NCBI RefSeq assembly: GCF_001194135.2
Contig: NC_068995.1
Location: forward strand, 49,726,757-49,764,258
Reading direction: 5' to 3'
Length of the DNA: 37,502 nt
Source of the DNA: Octopus bimaculoides
Taxonomy: Eukaryota
Part shown: in pieces, positions 23,380-34,728 of the stretch
How positions within the stretch are numbered: position 1 is the stretch's first letter
How the letters are laid out: every line of letters starts with the position of its first letter
The notes under the pieces: model-generated
The model's database searches: none
Told to the model about the DNA's origin: nothing
What the model saw: only the letters and a program-made list of their open reading frames with translations
Position numbers and translations under genes: made by a program

Positions 23380-23455
<76 letters not shown>

Positions 23456-23616
23456 CAATCATGTTCTGGACGTCATTTTGTAGCTTGGTATCGTTGGTGA
23501 GGACGACGATGATGATGATGATGACGACGACGACGACGACGACGATGATGACGATGATGATGATGATGATGCCGATGATGATGACGACGACGACGATGAC
23601 GACGACTACGACTGCA

Positions 23617-23674
<58 letters not shown>

Positions 23675-23740
23675 CGACGATGATGATGGCCATAGCGATG
23701 GTGACGGGCTCCGACGACGACCAAGGTGGCGATGATGGCG
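23380..23740. repeat. (GATA)n followed by (GAT)/(GAC)n microsatellites
   Basis: Directly visible. Confidence 0.95.
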
Positions 23741-24161
23741 GTGATAATGATGCTGGTTATCACCAAGTTGCTGTTTGTTTCGCTTTCATTCGACGATAAC
23801 TTTGATATCTTCACTTCCAATCGCTTTATACGCCAATACACGGCGTCGTAAACGAATAAAATTAAGCTCGCATTGTAAGACAAAGGTCGAAGATTAAGAT
23901 TAGGTGCGCGAGCGCGCACATAAACATACATACGTGGGGGTGCGCATACATCAATATGTGTGTGTGTGTGTATACCATATAGATATATAAAATCACAGAT
24001 ACATACGTACTTGCATACACACATATATATATAATTTATATATATACATAAATATCTATACACATACACACACACACACATATATATATATATTTATATA
24101 TATATATTTATATATGTACATACACTTGTATATACATACTTATACACTTATATACACACAC

Positions 24162-24205
<44 letters not shown>

Positions 24206-24215
24206 NNNNNNNNNN

Positions 24216-24268
<53 letters not shown>

Positions 24269-24829
24269 GTATGTATGTAGGTATGTTTATATATATGTAA
24301 GTATTATATACATATATATATGTCTATATATATATATGTGTGTGTGTATAGATATATATGTACATAGATACATGTATGTGAGTATTTATATATATNNNNN
24401 NNNNNNNNNNNNNNNNNNNNNNNNNNNNNNNNNNNNNNNNNNNNNNNNNNNNNNNNNNNNNNNNNNNNNNNNNNNNNNNNNNNNNATATATATATATATA
24501 TAAGCTCTGAGTATTATTATGCTGTATCTCGCCAATTAGATTGTATTGACACAGCAACTGTCAGATCACAAATTAACTCAGACTTGATTTCTCAACACGG
24601 TGTTGAAATCGATACTGAAATATTAATAGATTTAATTAAGAGAACAAAAACGGTTTTTAAGCGTGAACAAATCTTTACTCTTGTGTAACTTTGTAAAGCT
24701 GCGTCGACACATGCCGCCCTCTCAACCTGAAAGAATTTTCCAGACTAACGAAAGTTTATTTCCAGAAATTCCGTCGAGATCATCAAACAGAATTAAAGTT
24801 ATGCTCAGTTGAAATGATGTGTTATCTAT

Positions 24830-24858
24830 TTAGATAGATAGATAGATAGATAGGTAGG

Positions 24859-24921
<63 letters not shown>

Positions 24922-24993
24922 GTAGGTAGGTAGGTAGGTAGGTAGGTAGGTAAGTAGGTAGGCAGGTAGGTAGGTAGGTAGGAGGCAGGTAGG

Positions 24994-25075
<82 letters not shown>
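24830..25075. repeat. (GATA)n-(GGTA)n-(GATA)n tetranucleotide array
   Basis: Directly visible. Confidence 0.95.
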
Positions 25076-25100
25076 CACACATATATATTTATATATAAGC

Positions 25101-25160
<60 letters not shown>

Positions 25161-25349
25161 ATGTATGCATGTTGACATCGAAAGAATTTCGAGAATTCGA
25201 AAACAAGAAATAATTCTTTTTTTTGTTTGTTTTTCACTAGGGATTTCTTTTTTTTTTATACTATAGAGATGTAATGCGAAGAAAACAAAGCTATAAATAA
25301 TAGCGTGTAAACATTGAGTCAAAAACCATTTTGGATAGAAAAAGTCGGA

Positions 25350-25420
25350 GATTACCCGTGGGACTCGAACCCGCATCTCCTGTAAACATGACAGGCGTTC
25401 TACCATTGGAACGCCCAAGT
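25350..25420 (-). pseudogene. tRNA-like sequence (pseudo-tRNA or SINE head) with Pol III A/B boxes
   Basis: Minus strand: D arm GTTC(CAATGGTA)GAAC, anticodon arm CCTGT(CATGTTT)ACAGG, T arm GCGGG(TTCGAGT)CCCAC. The acceptor stem does not pair. TTTTT follows shortly downstream (plus 25339-25343). Confidence 0.7.
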
Positions 25421-25610
25421 GAGAATAAGACTCGTTAAGGTTATCTCTACAAGTTTTCTATAGGAAATTATAGCTAGCAATGACTTTTTACGACGTTTCG
25501 TATCAGAGTACGCCTGAAGCATAACAACAATAAGATCAAAGTTGAAAAATGGATAATGGGTGTATATGTCATATTTCAGGCATTCCTGCTCCTTCATCTA
25601 CACCCGTCTA

Positions 25611-25744
25611 AGCTGACTAAGAAGTTCATAGGTTGACTAAGAAGTTCATAGGCTGACTAAGAAGTTCATAGGCTGACTAAGAAGTTCATAGGCTGACTAA
25701 GAAGTCCATAGGCTGACTAAGAAGTTCATAGGCTGATTAAGAAG
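25611..25744. repeat. 20-bp tandem repeat GGCTGACTAAGAAGTTCATA, 6 full units plus a partial
   Basis: Directly visible, with at most 1 substitution per unit. Confidence 0.97.
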
Positions 25745-25930
25745 GTGTTATCATACAGTAATTAAACTTGGCATGTATTAGATTCAACTTTTACTGATGC
25801 TAACTGCATTCTTTTTCTTTCCAGATAAACCAACATTGAATACAGAATTGAGGACTTGGAAAAGTGTTTCTAGAAACATTCCGTTAAAATGGATAAAATC
25901 TGGCCCCGTGGTGTTATCAAATATACATCA
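25611..25930 (+). mobile_element. Mariner-like transposon 5' fragment
   Basis: ATG at 25889 gives MDKIWPRGVIKY, like mariner transposase N-termini (M.K...R.VIK[YF]), then breaks off. The AAGTTCATAGGCTGAC motif upstream resembles mariner terminal sequences (recalled, not searched). Confidence 0.55.
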
Positions 25931-26164
25931 ATTCAAAATGCAGAGCATTTGTGCAGCTGAAGATTGCTCTGCATTTTAAATTGATGTAATGATTGCATTG
26001 TTCAATTAAATGGAGCTGCATGAAACGATCGTACTGCATTAACTTTGGATATCCTTGTTGCTTATTTTGATTTTAATCACCTTACTTTGGAATTGTATGG
26101 ATAATACCATACTTAATTCTGGTGCCTCCACTTAAGTACCATATTCACATTGAATCTAAATTTC

Positions 26165-26229
<65 letters not shown>

Positions 26230-26242
26230 CACACATATATGG

Positions 26243-26403
26243 CGGGCTTCTTTCAGTTTCTGTCTGCCAAATCCACTCACAAGGCTTTAGTTGATCCGAG
26301 GCTATAGTAGAAGACACTTGCGCAAGGTGCCACGCAGAGGGATTGAACCTGGAACCATGTAGTTGGGAAGCAAACTTCTTACCACACAGCCACGCCTGCG
26401 CCT
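26243..26403 (-). mobile_element. SINE family B, 5' part (head plus CORE-like segment)
   Basis: Collinear with 21674-21826: CGGGCTTCTTTCAGTTT...CAAATCCACTCACAAGGCTTTAG...TAGAAGACACTTG...CTTACCACACAGCCAC. Confidence 0.85.
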
Positions 26404-26759
26404 ATTATAATATACTTTTACTCATGTCTTGAGTTCTATTTTCCTGTTTGCATCACTAAACCCACATATATTTTTCTATTTCTATTTCTGTATNNNNNNN
26501 NNNNNNNNNNNNNNNNNNNNNNNNNNNNNNNNNNNNNNNNNNNNNNNNNNNNNNNNNNNNNNNNNNNNNNNNNNNNNNNNNNNNNNNNNNNNNNNNNNNN
26601 NNNNNNNNNNNNNNNNNNNNNNNNNNNNNNNNNNNNNNNNNNNNNNNNNNNNNNNNNTTCTTTCTCCTTCTTTCTCTGCCTTTCCCTGTCCTCAACTCTC
26701 ACTTCCTCCTCAGAACATTACGTATCTAACCTGTTATTATATTCGTGACTGTGTATAAA

Positions 26760-26782
26760 AATGTGTGTGCGTATGCCTGTGT

Positions 26783-26823
<41 letters not shown>

Positions 26824-27220
26824 TCTGAGTATATGTGTATGTGTGTGCATGTATAACTAAGTATACTGTGTGTAAGTGTCTGTGTGTGTGTATATATAAG
26901 ATAGAGACAGCGCGTGTTAGAGAGAGAGAGTGTGTGTGTGTGTCTGTGTGTGTGGGTGTGTGTGCGCGTCTATGTCTGTATGTATATCCGAGTATACTGT
27001 GTGAGTGCCTCTGTGTGTGTGTATGCGTGTCCGTGTGGTTGTGTGTGAGTGTCTGTGTGTGTATAAGATAGAGTGCGTGTGTTAGACAGAGAGAGAGTGT
27101 GTGTGTGTGTGTCTGTGTGTGTGTGTGCGTGTTCTGTGTGTGTGTGCGCGTGTGTCTGTGTGTGTGTGTGTTAGAGAGAGAGTGTGTGTGTGTGCGTGTG
27201 TGTGTCTGTGTGAGTTGTCA
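26760..27220. repeat. Degenerate (TG)/(GA) microsatellite with recurring GTTAGA(G/C)AGAGAG and GTATAAGATAGAG-like blocks
   Basis: Directly visible. Confidence 0.85.
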
Positions 27221-27553
27221 GGTATTGACATTCCGATGAGGTCAACTTGAAACAATATACGGGGTACAGGAGGTCATGTCAACAAAACAGTAAAATTGAT
27301 AACGGCAGCAACAACAACAACAACAACGACAAACAACAAAAACAAAAACAACGACAGCTGCTGTAACAAGAACAACAGCAACAAACAACAACGACAAGAA
27401 CAACAACAGTTTGAACAGCAAGAGCCTCCACAAGAACAGCAAAGCGGATAACGACAGCAACAACAAGAACACCGACAACAACGACAGTAATCTCGATAAA
27501 AGCGGTAATGGCGATATGATCAGCACGAATGGTAGCACGCCCATATGCCCATG

Positions 27554-27640
27554 GGCATATATGGGGTAGTGGTTAAGGGCGCGGGCTACAGACCCCAAGA
27601 TTCCGAGTTCGATTCCAGGCAGGGACCTGAATAATAATAA
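27554..27640 (+). mobile_element. Short tRNA-derived SINE head ending in (AAT)n
   Basis: A box TAGTGGTTAAGG and B box GAGTTCGATTCC, followed by GACCTGAATAATAATAAGAAG. Confidence 0.65.
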
Positions 27641-27680
27641 GAAGAAGACTACTACTAGTAGTAGTAGTAGTAGTTATATG

Positions 27681-27905
27681 TTTCTAGGTTTGCCACAAGG
27701 TCAGAAATTTTGAGAAGAAGCGGGTAAGCCGATTGCAGCGACCTCTCCAGGGCTCAAATGGTAATCGATTTTGTCGACTCCCGAACGACGAAAGGCAAAA
27801 TTGATTTTGGCGGCATTTGAACTCAGAACGTATTTTAAAAAGTCGGAAGAAATGCAACTAAGCATTTTGTCCGGCGTGGCAACGGTTCTGTCTGCTCACA
27901 GCCTT
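27681..27905 (-). mobile_element. SINE family A, old degenerate full-length copy
   Basis: Collinear with 14343-14550: CACAAGG.CAGAAATTTT, GAAAGGCAAA, TTTGAACTCAGAACGTA, CTAAGCATTTTGTCCGGCGTG. Confidence 0.7.
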
Positions 27906-27912
27906 ATTATTA

Positions 27913-27965
<53 letters not shown>

Positions 27966-27967
<2 letters not shown>

Positions 27968-28180
27968 GGCGGCGAGCTGGCAGAGTCATTAGCACGCTGG
28001 GTGAAATGCTTAGCGGCATTTCGTCTGCCGCTATGTCCTAAGTTCAAATTCTGCCGAGGTCGACTTTGCCTTTCATCCTTTCGGGATTGATAAATTAAGT
28101 ACCAGTGAAACACTGGGGTCGATGTAATCGACTTAACCCTCCCCCAAAATCCAGGCCTTGGGCCTATAGTAGAAAGGATA
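27966..28180 (+). mobile_element. Full-length SINE family A
   Basis: AAGGCGGCGAGCTGGCAGA...AAGTTCAAATTC...GTCGACTTTGCCTTTCATCCTTTCGG...GCCTATAGTAGAAAGGATA. Confidence 0.9.
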
Positions 28181-28182
28181 CC

Positions 28183-28460
28183 CACCACGAAGAAATGATC
28201 AAGCTCAGTAACAATCTGTTAAGCAACAACTACTCCAAGAACATACTATCCACTCCGATTATGAAGAAAAGAGAAGATGAAACCAATAAACTGTCCACAG
28301 TCTGTCTACCCTATGTAAAAGGCCTCTCCGAAAAGATATAAAAGATATGCAGCCCATATGACATCAGGACAGTATTCAAGAGTAATACAACATTTCGCAA
28401 ATATCTCCTTCGATTAAAACCACCAATAGAAGAGAATATGACCAAAAACTGCGTCCATTC
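28183..28460 (+). pseudogene. Penelope-like element fragment, RT-thumb to endonuclease linker (Penelope/Poseidon-like)
   Basis: One frame with a single stop: HHEEMIKLSNNLLSNNYSKNIL...STVCLPYVKGLSEKI*KICSPYDIRTVFKSNTTFRKYLLRLKPPIEENMTKNCVHS. LPY..GLSE.I and the terminal CV[YH]S are typical just before the GIY-YIG domain of this group. Confidence 0.8.
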
Positions 28461-29018
28461 GGCCATGCCAAATAGCCGACTATGCCCGATCGTCTCTATC
28501 CTAAGTCTCTAGTTTCTCCAGTCGATCCTTTACTCCTACTCACCTACGCACCCACCCACCGGGAGACCCTAAAAAAAGACATATGATGAGAGCTTCCCAC
28601 CATCTTTTGACTAAGTAATAAATTTTCCCTAATCTCTCTTGAACATGTGTATCCAGTTTGCAACGTGACAGAAGCATAGTTTGACATTTCTTAAGAAACC
28701 ATTCTGACTTGTATAATCTGTAGATCCAATATATAAGTGGAATAGTTAAAACGAAAACGAAAAAGAAACAAAAATACCTTTTTGAAATTCAAGATGTAGC
28801 TATAGTTTTGCCGTTATCTAAATTCCAATGAGAGAGCCTCTTTTTGTTTTGTTTTTCTTTTTTGTCGACAAGCCTCTCTTCTACTACAAATTTTGGAGCG
28901 GTTCCTGATATAGAGAGAAGGAGCGGGTTTATAACTACCACCATCCACATCTTGAAAGTAGACAGATAAGAAAGTGAGACGCAGTGCATACAAAAGCTAG
29001 TGATCTCACAACGCTTTG

Positions 29019-29193
29019 CCGTATTTTCCGGCAGACAAGTCGGCGTAGCACACAGTGTCAACATGTAGTGCAAACATTTATATATCGTCACTATCTTCCC
29101 CCAAAAACCTGCTGCGTTTCACATGGAATTTTTGGTCCTTCAAAGTCGTCTTGGCGTATAAGTCGACCCACCAATTTTGGCATCAAATTTCGG
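29019..29193 (+). mobile_element. Possible pogo-type DNA transposon end fragment
   Basis: CCGTATTTTCCGG...AAGTCG and a second GGCGTATAAGTCGACCC resemble pogo-type terminal and subterminal motifs. Cut off by a gap, so no partner TIR is visible. Confidence 0.4.
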
Positions 29194-29417
29194 NNNNNNN
29201 NNNNNNNNNNNNNNNNNNNNNNNNNNNNNNNNNNNNNNNNNNNNNNNNNNNNNNNNNNNNNNNNNNNNNNNNNNNNNNNNNNNNNNNNNNNNNNNNNNNN
29301 NNNNNNNNNNNNNNNNNNNNNNNNNNNNNNNNNNTGTGTGTGTGTGTGTGTGTGTGTGTGTATGAGCATGCATCTGTTTACACACATATACACATATAGA
29401 TAGATAGATAGATAGAC

Positions 29418-29665
29418 AAGGCGACGAGCTGGCAGAAACGTTAGCGCGCCGGGCGAAATGCTTAACGGTATTTCGTCTACCGTTACGTTCTGAGTTCAAA
29501 TTCCGCCGAGGTCGACTTTCATCCTTTCGGGGTCGATTAAATAAGTAGCAATTACGCACTGGGGCGATATAATCGACTTAATCCATTTGTTTGTTTTTTG
29601 TTTTTGTTTTTTTTGTCCTTGTTTGTCCCCTCTGTGTGTAGCCCCTTGTGGGCAGAAAAGAAATA
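29418..29665 (+). mobile_element. Full-length SINE family A inserted in a (GATA)n tract
   Basis: Head AAGGCGACGAGCTGGCAGAAACGTTAGC, B box GAGTTCAAATTCC, tail GGGCAGAAAAGAAATA. (GATA)n on both sides. Confidence 0.9.
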
Positions 29666-29999
29666 TGATAGACAGATAGATAGATAGATAGATAGATAGA
29701 TAAACAGACAGGCAGGCAAACAGATAGATATTGTGCCTTCTCGCAGTGATTGGGTATTATTTTCCTTATTATAAAAACATAAATCAGGAAATCATTCAAT
29801 CGATTCCTCATTAATAATATTTTATCGATCTGACTGAATCTAAATTAGATGTGTGTGTGTGTGTGTGTGTGTGCGTGCATATGTGTCATGTGTCCGTGTA
29901 TGTGTATATGGGATGTAGGGGAAACAATAACATTGGTTTCAAACAATGTAACACCGTCTCAGAGGATCAGAACGAATAAACAACACTAACAACAAACGC

Positions 30000-30331
30000 C
30001 ATCATTATCACGACAGTAATGGCCACATTATTAACTCCATTGGCATCTACACATCATCGGCAACGTCACAAGCAACGCCAGCAATTGACTCTGTCAACGA
30101 CGTCAGTAACAACAACAGTAACAACAACACTAACATCGCTGACCAAGCCAACAGTACCACCACCACCACTACTGCCACCACCACTAATGCGACGACCAAT
30201 AACAGCAACAACATCAACAATAACAACCACAGCATCACCTCCAGCATCGCTAACGATAATACCTTCAATTACACTAACAACAACAACGATGACGTCACAA
30301 ACAGCGATACTAATACCAATAACAACTACTA

Positions 30332-30363
<32 letters not shown>

Positions 30364-30499
30364 ACTGTTACTAAAACAACAACAACAGCAATAACTAATA
30401 CAACTACAGCAGCAACAACTACAACTACAAGAATAACAACTACAACAGCTACTACTACTACCACCACCACCACTACTACAACTACAACAACAACAACAG

Positions 30500-30557
<58 letters not shown>

Positions 30558-30674
30558 AACTACTACTATTACTACAACTACTACTATGACCATCGTCGCT
30601 ACTACAACTACTACTACTACTACTACGGCAAAAACACTTACTACTACCAGCGACACCACAAACAACGATGGCAA

Positions 30675-30705
<31 letters not shown>

Positions 30706-31700
30706 AGCAACACCAGCACCCTAACCTACAACAACACCAACAACACCACCATGAACAACAACAACAACAAACACACGAATTTCCCTCACCATCGCCATCG
30801 CCGCCACCACCACCACCATCATCATCAACAACAGCAGCAGCAGCTGCAAACACACCAATTCCACCCCCACCACTATCAGCAGCACCATCCCCGCCGCCAC
30901 CACCATCAACATCATCACTACCACCATCACCACTACCGCCACCTCTTTCACCATCATCATCACCACCACCACCACCATCATCATCAACAACAGCAGCAGC
31001 AGCTGCAAACACACCAATTCCACCCCCACCACTATCNNNNNNNNNNNNNNNNNNNNNNNNNNNNNNNNNNNNNNNNNNNNNNNNNNNNNNNNNNNNNNNN
31101 NNNNNNNNNNNNNNNNNNNNNNNNNNNNNNNNNNNNNNNNNNNNNNNNNNNNNNNNNNNNNNNNNNNNNNNNNNNNNNNNNNNNNNNNNNNNNNNNNNNN
31201 NNNNNNNNNNNNNNNNNNNNNNNNNNNNNNNNNNNNNNNNNNNNNNNNNNNNNNNNNNNNNNNNNNNNNNNNNNNNNNNNNNNNNNNNNNNNNNNNNNNN
31301 NNNNNNNNNNNNNNNNNNNNNNNNNNNNNNNNNNNNNNNNNNNNNNNNNNNNNNNNNNNNNNNNNNNNNNNNNNNNNNNNNNNNNNNNGGTGTTAGTGCT
31401 GCTGCTACTGTAGCGATTTGCGCTTGTTGTTGTTGTTGTTGTGGTGGTGGTGGTGGTGGTGGTGGTGGTATTGCTACTGCTGCTGTTGTAGTGACTTGAG
31501 TTTGTTGTTGTTGTTGTGGTAGTAGTGGTGGTGCTCTTGGTGATGGTTGTAGTGGTGGTGCCGGTAGTGGCGGTATGAACAGTATAGTGATAGTAGTGGT
31601 ATTGTTAGAAGTGAAGGTGATAGTAGTATTAGTATTGGTGGTGGTGGTGGTAGTGGTGGTGGTGGTGGTGATGTTATAGTGATAATAGTGATGGTGTTTA
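30000..31700. repeat. Large (ACA)/(ACT)/(CAC)/(CAG) microsatellite field, G/T-rich after the gap; includes a 73-bp exact repeat at 159-bp spacing
   Basis: 30805-30877 is identical to 30964-31036. Confidence 0.9.
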
Positions 31701-31828
31701 AACAATAGTTATAATGTTGTCTGTGAATGTACTGACAATTGGAGGAAGAATTTTATCGCAATTAAGTTAAATATGCATCTTATATGTGTGTGTGTATTCA
31801 CACACATGTTTATATATATAGTTATGTG

Positions 31829-31839
<11 letters not shown>

Positions 31840-31894
<55 letters not shown>

Positions 31895-32344
31895 CGAACG
31901 TACATATATGATATACACATATGATGTGACACGATATATGTTATGATACACTGATAGATAGACACAGACACACAGACACACAGATAAATAAACAGACAGA
32001 CAGACAGACAGACAGACAGATAGATAGATAGATAGATAATGTCTGTATATATAAATACGTGTGTGTGTGTGTGTGTGTGTGTGTGAAAATATGAATTATA
32101 TTAAACATTTCTTGAGGAGGAAAGAAAATGTAAAAAAGAAAGACAAAGTGGTGAGAGGAAGAGAGAGAGAGAGGGAGAGAGAGCGAGGGAGAGAGAGGGA
32201 GAGAGAGCGGGGGAGAGAGAGGGAGAGAGAGGGAGAGAGAGGGAGAGAGAGAAGGAGTGCTTGATGCGATGGAGAAATTGTAAGCGAGCAGGAGAGAGGC
32301 TGAAAGAGACTGAGATGATGAATCTGTGATTTAGAAAAGAATGG

Positions 32345-32387
<43 letters not shown>

Positions 32388-32390
32388 TAC
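31840..32390. repeat. (CA)n, (GACA)/(GATA)n, (TG)n and (GA/GGGA)n tracts
   Basis: Directly visible. Confidence 0.9.
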
Positions 32391-32503
32391 AGAGACAATA
32401 ATATCCGGTAAGCTAATAGAGTATATAATTAGTCATGTGACCTATATAACAATTGTCATGAGACATGTAATTATGTCATGTGACTTGTATGCAGCTGTTG
32501 AAG

Positions 32504-32698
32504 CACATGGTCCCGGGTTCAAGTCTCACCGCGTAGCACCTTGCGCAAGTGTCTTCTGCTATAGCCTCGGGCCAACCAAAGCCTTGTGAGTAGATTTATT
32601 TGGTAGATGGAAACTGAAAGAAGCCTGTCATGTGTGTGTGTGTGTGTGTGGGTGCGTGTCTTTGTCTCTGCGATTGTCCCCCACTACCGCTTAACAAC
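32504..32698 (+). mobile_element. SINE family B, internal portion
   Basis: CACATGGTCCCGGGTTCAAGTC (B box), CACCTTGCGCAAGTGTCTTCTGCTATAGCCTCGGGCC..CCAAAGCCTTGTGAGT, GGAAACTGAAAGAAGCC. Confidence 0.85.
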
Positions 32699-33979
32699 TA
32701 TCGTCTCGGTGCCCATTACAGGCGATTCTCGCCTGCTACGATCTATGTGTGCTTTTATGCACCAAGCACCAGCATGAGAGGATCTCTCCAGTCTAATAAC
32801 GCAGTATTCGGTGTTCTAAACAAGACATCCATGATAAGTTGAACATAAAGCAGTCCTAAGATTTTTTAACCGTATTTTAATATGTCTGTCTTTGTTGCCC
32901 TTGTGGCAGATAGAGAACGAACATGAGGTACGAGATATGGTTTAGAGTTCTATTAATAAGAAGCCGTGATTCCCATATTCCAATAATCGTTCAATATGGT
33001 CACCCCCTTCCAGAGGCGTTTCCTTTAGATTACTATTGTCTCTTCTACTGATGTCTTCGTTGCTTAACTTCAGGTTAGCTCTGGTCGATCAGATCGACAA
33101 TCCAATTTGCTCCTGTTCTGACCATCACAACTAAAATTTAGAAAAATCATATCTTGATCAATAATATTCAATGTAGCCTCTATATGTGTCCTTTTACTCC
33201 TAAAATCAGATTCATCGAGTCAAAATTTCATTATACTTGACAACGGAAAGCAGTTTTAAATACCAATCTATCTTTTGTTGAAGAATGCTAAGTTTAAAAC
33301 TATTTTCTGTTATGTCACGCTTATGGAAGCAACATCACTTGCAGAAAATACCAATTTTTTGTTGTTGTTATTTGCTGGGTTTTTTTTTTCTTTTTCTAGA
33401 TATCTTAACATCATTCCTAGTTTAACCATGAAACTTAATTTCGCAGTGCCAGAGTTAAAGACAGAAGGATGTAATTTGGCTGCTATTTTTAGCACGCAGA
33501 GGTTTTAAGGTGGTTGATACTTTGAAATGACAAATCAGCAGGAAAAACCTTCAGGCAATTACTACCATGTGTCATATCAGTTAAGGCACCAAATTCTTCG
33601 GGGAATCAGTAGAACCCAAACCGTTTTTTCCTCGAGCTAAACATGAAGAATTTTTGATAAATTCTAACAGGAAGTTCTTGAGACCCCTAACTGTTCCTTT
33701 CCCCTTTTTTCTTTTCGCCGTTTTCTCGTCTTTTATCTCTTTTGATCTCTTACTTTTACCGGGATGACTTTATCGGTTTCAATTCTCAAGACAAGTTCAG
33801 AGGAATTAGTTACAACAAGGAACATGGTGTGATTCTGTGGCTGTGATAGCGATTTAGTCAAGTGTTGAATGGAAGCAAAGTTGTTCTCTGTGTTCATACT
33901 ACTAATGTACGTAGAGTTGGGTGCTGCCCTCTATTGACACTTCTATATATGTAGTTGTCACTACTGACTCCTGTTACCA

Positions 33980-34034
<55 letters not shown>

Positions 34035-34514
34035 TAGAAGAAAATGTGAGATTAAACAATTCTGGTAGATGTTAATAAAGCACTCAGTATTAAAAAGATT
34101 TGGTTATAAATATATGTGTGTGTGTGTGTATTAAAACGAGTTAGATTTTGTGAATCGTTGTGAAGTACAACGTTAAAGAATGTAGTTGTGTAAAGTCGGA
34201 ACAATGCGAGAAGGTAGAAAGTACACTAGAAAAGGAAAAGGTAACAGAACAAAGTGGCAGTTTTACCTTGTATTTTACCTATGTTTCGAGGTGAAAATAC
34301 CTTCTTCAGCACATTCATTCTTCCCAATGTCCCGAAAAAACTTTTCAAACCGGTCCAAAGCCGTTCAAACCAAATCAGACCGGTCGCATCCATCAAACAT
34401 TCTCATCAATATTTTCATCAAACAATTTCTTCAAATAAATTCATCAAATATTTTCATCAGAAAGCACATTTTTATATACTGACAGGGTAGATAACTGCCC
34501 CGTGTATAAAGAGG

Positions 34515-34620
34515 TGAAGAGAGACAGATACAGAGACAGAGAGACAGAGAGACAGAGAAACAGGGAGACAGAGAGACAGAGAGACAGAGAGACAGAGAGA
34601 CAGAGATAGTCAGATAGACA
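34515..34620. repeat. (GAGACAGA)n octanucleotide repeat
   Basis: Directly visible. Confidence 0.9.
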
Positions 34621-34728
34621 CGTACTGAGGGTGCTAGAGATATTTGAGGACGCTTATCACTTTATTATTCTCTTCAAAGCAATAAAAAGGTTTTTTTTAT
34701 TTATTTCGGATCCCCCATAGCAGATACA

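Noticed and set aside
24503-24690. ATG-less open frame ...EIDTEILIDLIKRTKTVF..., faintly MADF-like
   Set aside because: The similarity is a few residues only, lacks the conserved Trp, and has no start codon or acceptor.
25350-25420. Functional tRNA-Thr(TGT) gene
   Set aside because: The acceptor stem cannot pair and the anticodon loop lacks U33 and purine 37.
25490-25510. Minus-strand CUGAUA-C-GAAACGUC, hammerhead-like
   Set aside because: No stem II and an incomplete CUGANGA box; compatible with chance.
25611-25744. CRISPR-like appearance of the 20-bp and 36-bp arrays
   Set aside because: No unique spacers, no cas genes, eukaryotic context.
30019-31413. 464-aa Thr/His/Gln-rich, mucin-like ORF
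   Set aside because: Microsatellite-derived, spans a gap, and antisense frames are equally open.
32160-32252. Polypurine, (TG)n and G-run tracts able to form H-DNA, Z-DNA or G4 (here and elsewhere)
   Set aside because: Generic property of the ubiquitous microsatellites; nothing locus-specific supports a function.
33380-33510. Strong polypyrimidine/AG acceptor at about 33399 and ORFs on both strands
   Set aside because: The T-tract is the complement of an A-rich segment in what looks like a decayed interspersed repeat (minus strand AAAATAGCAGCCAAAT...). No recognisable peptide or good donor.
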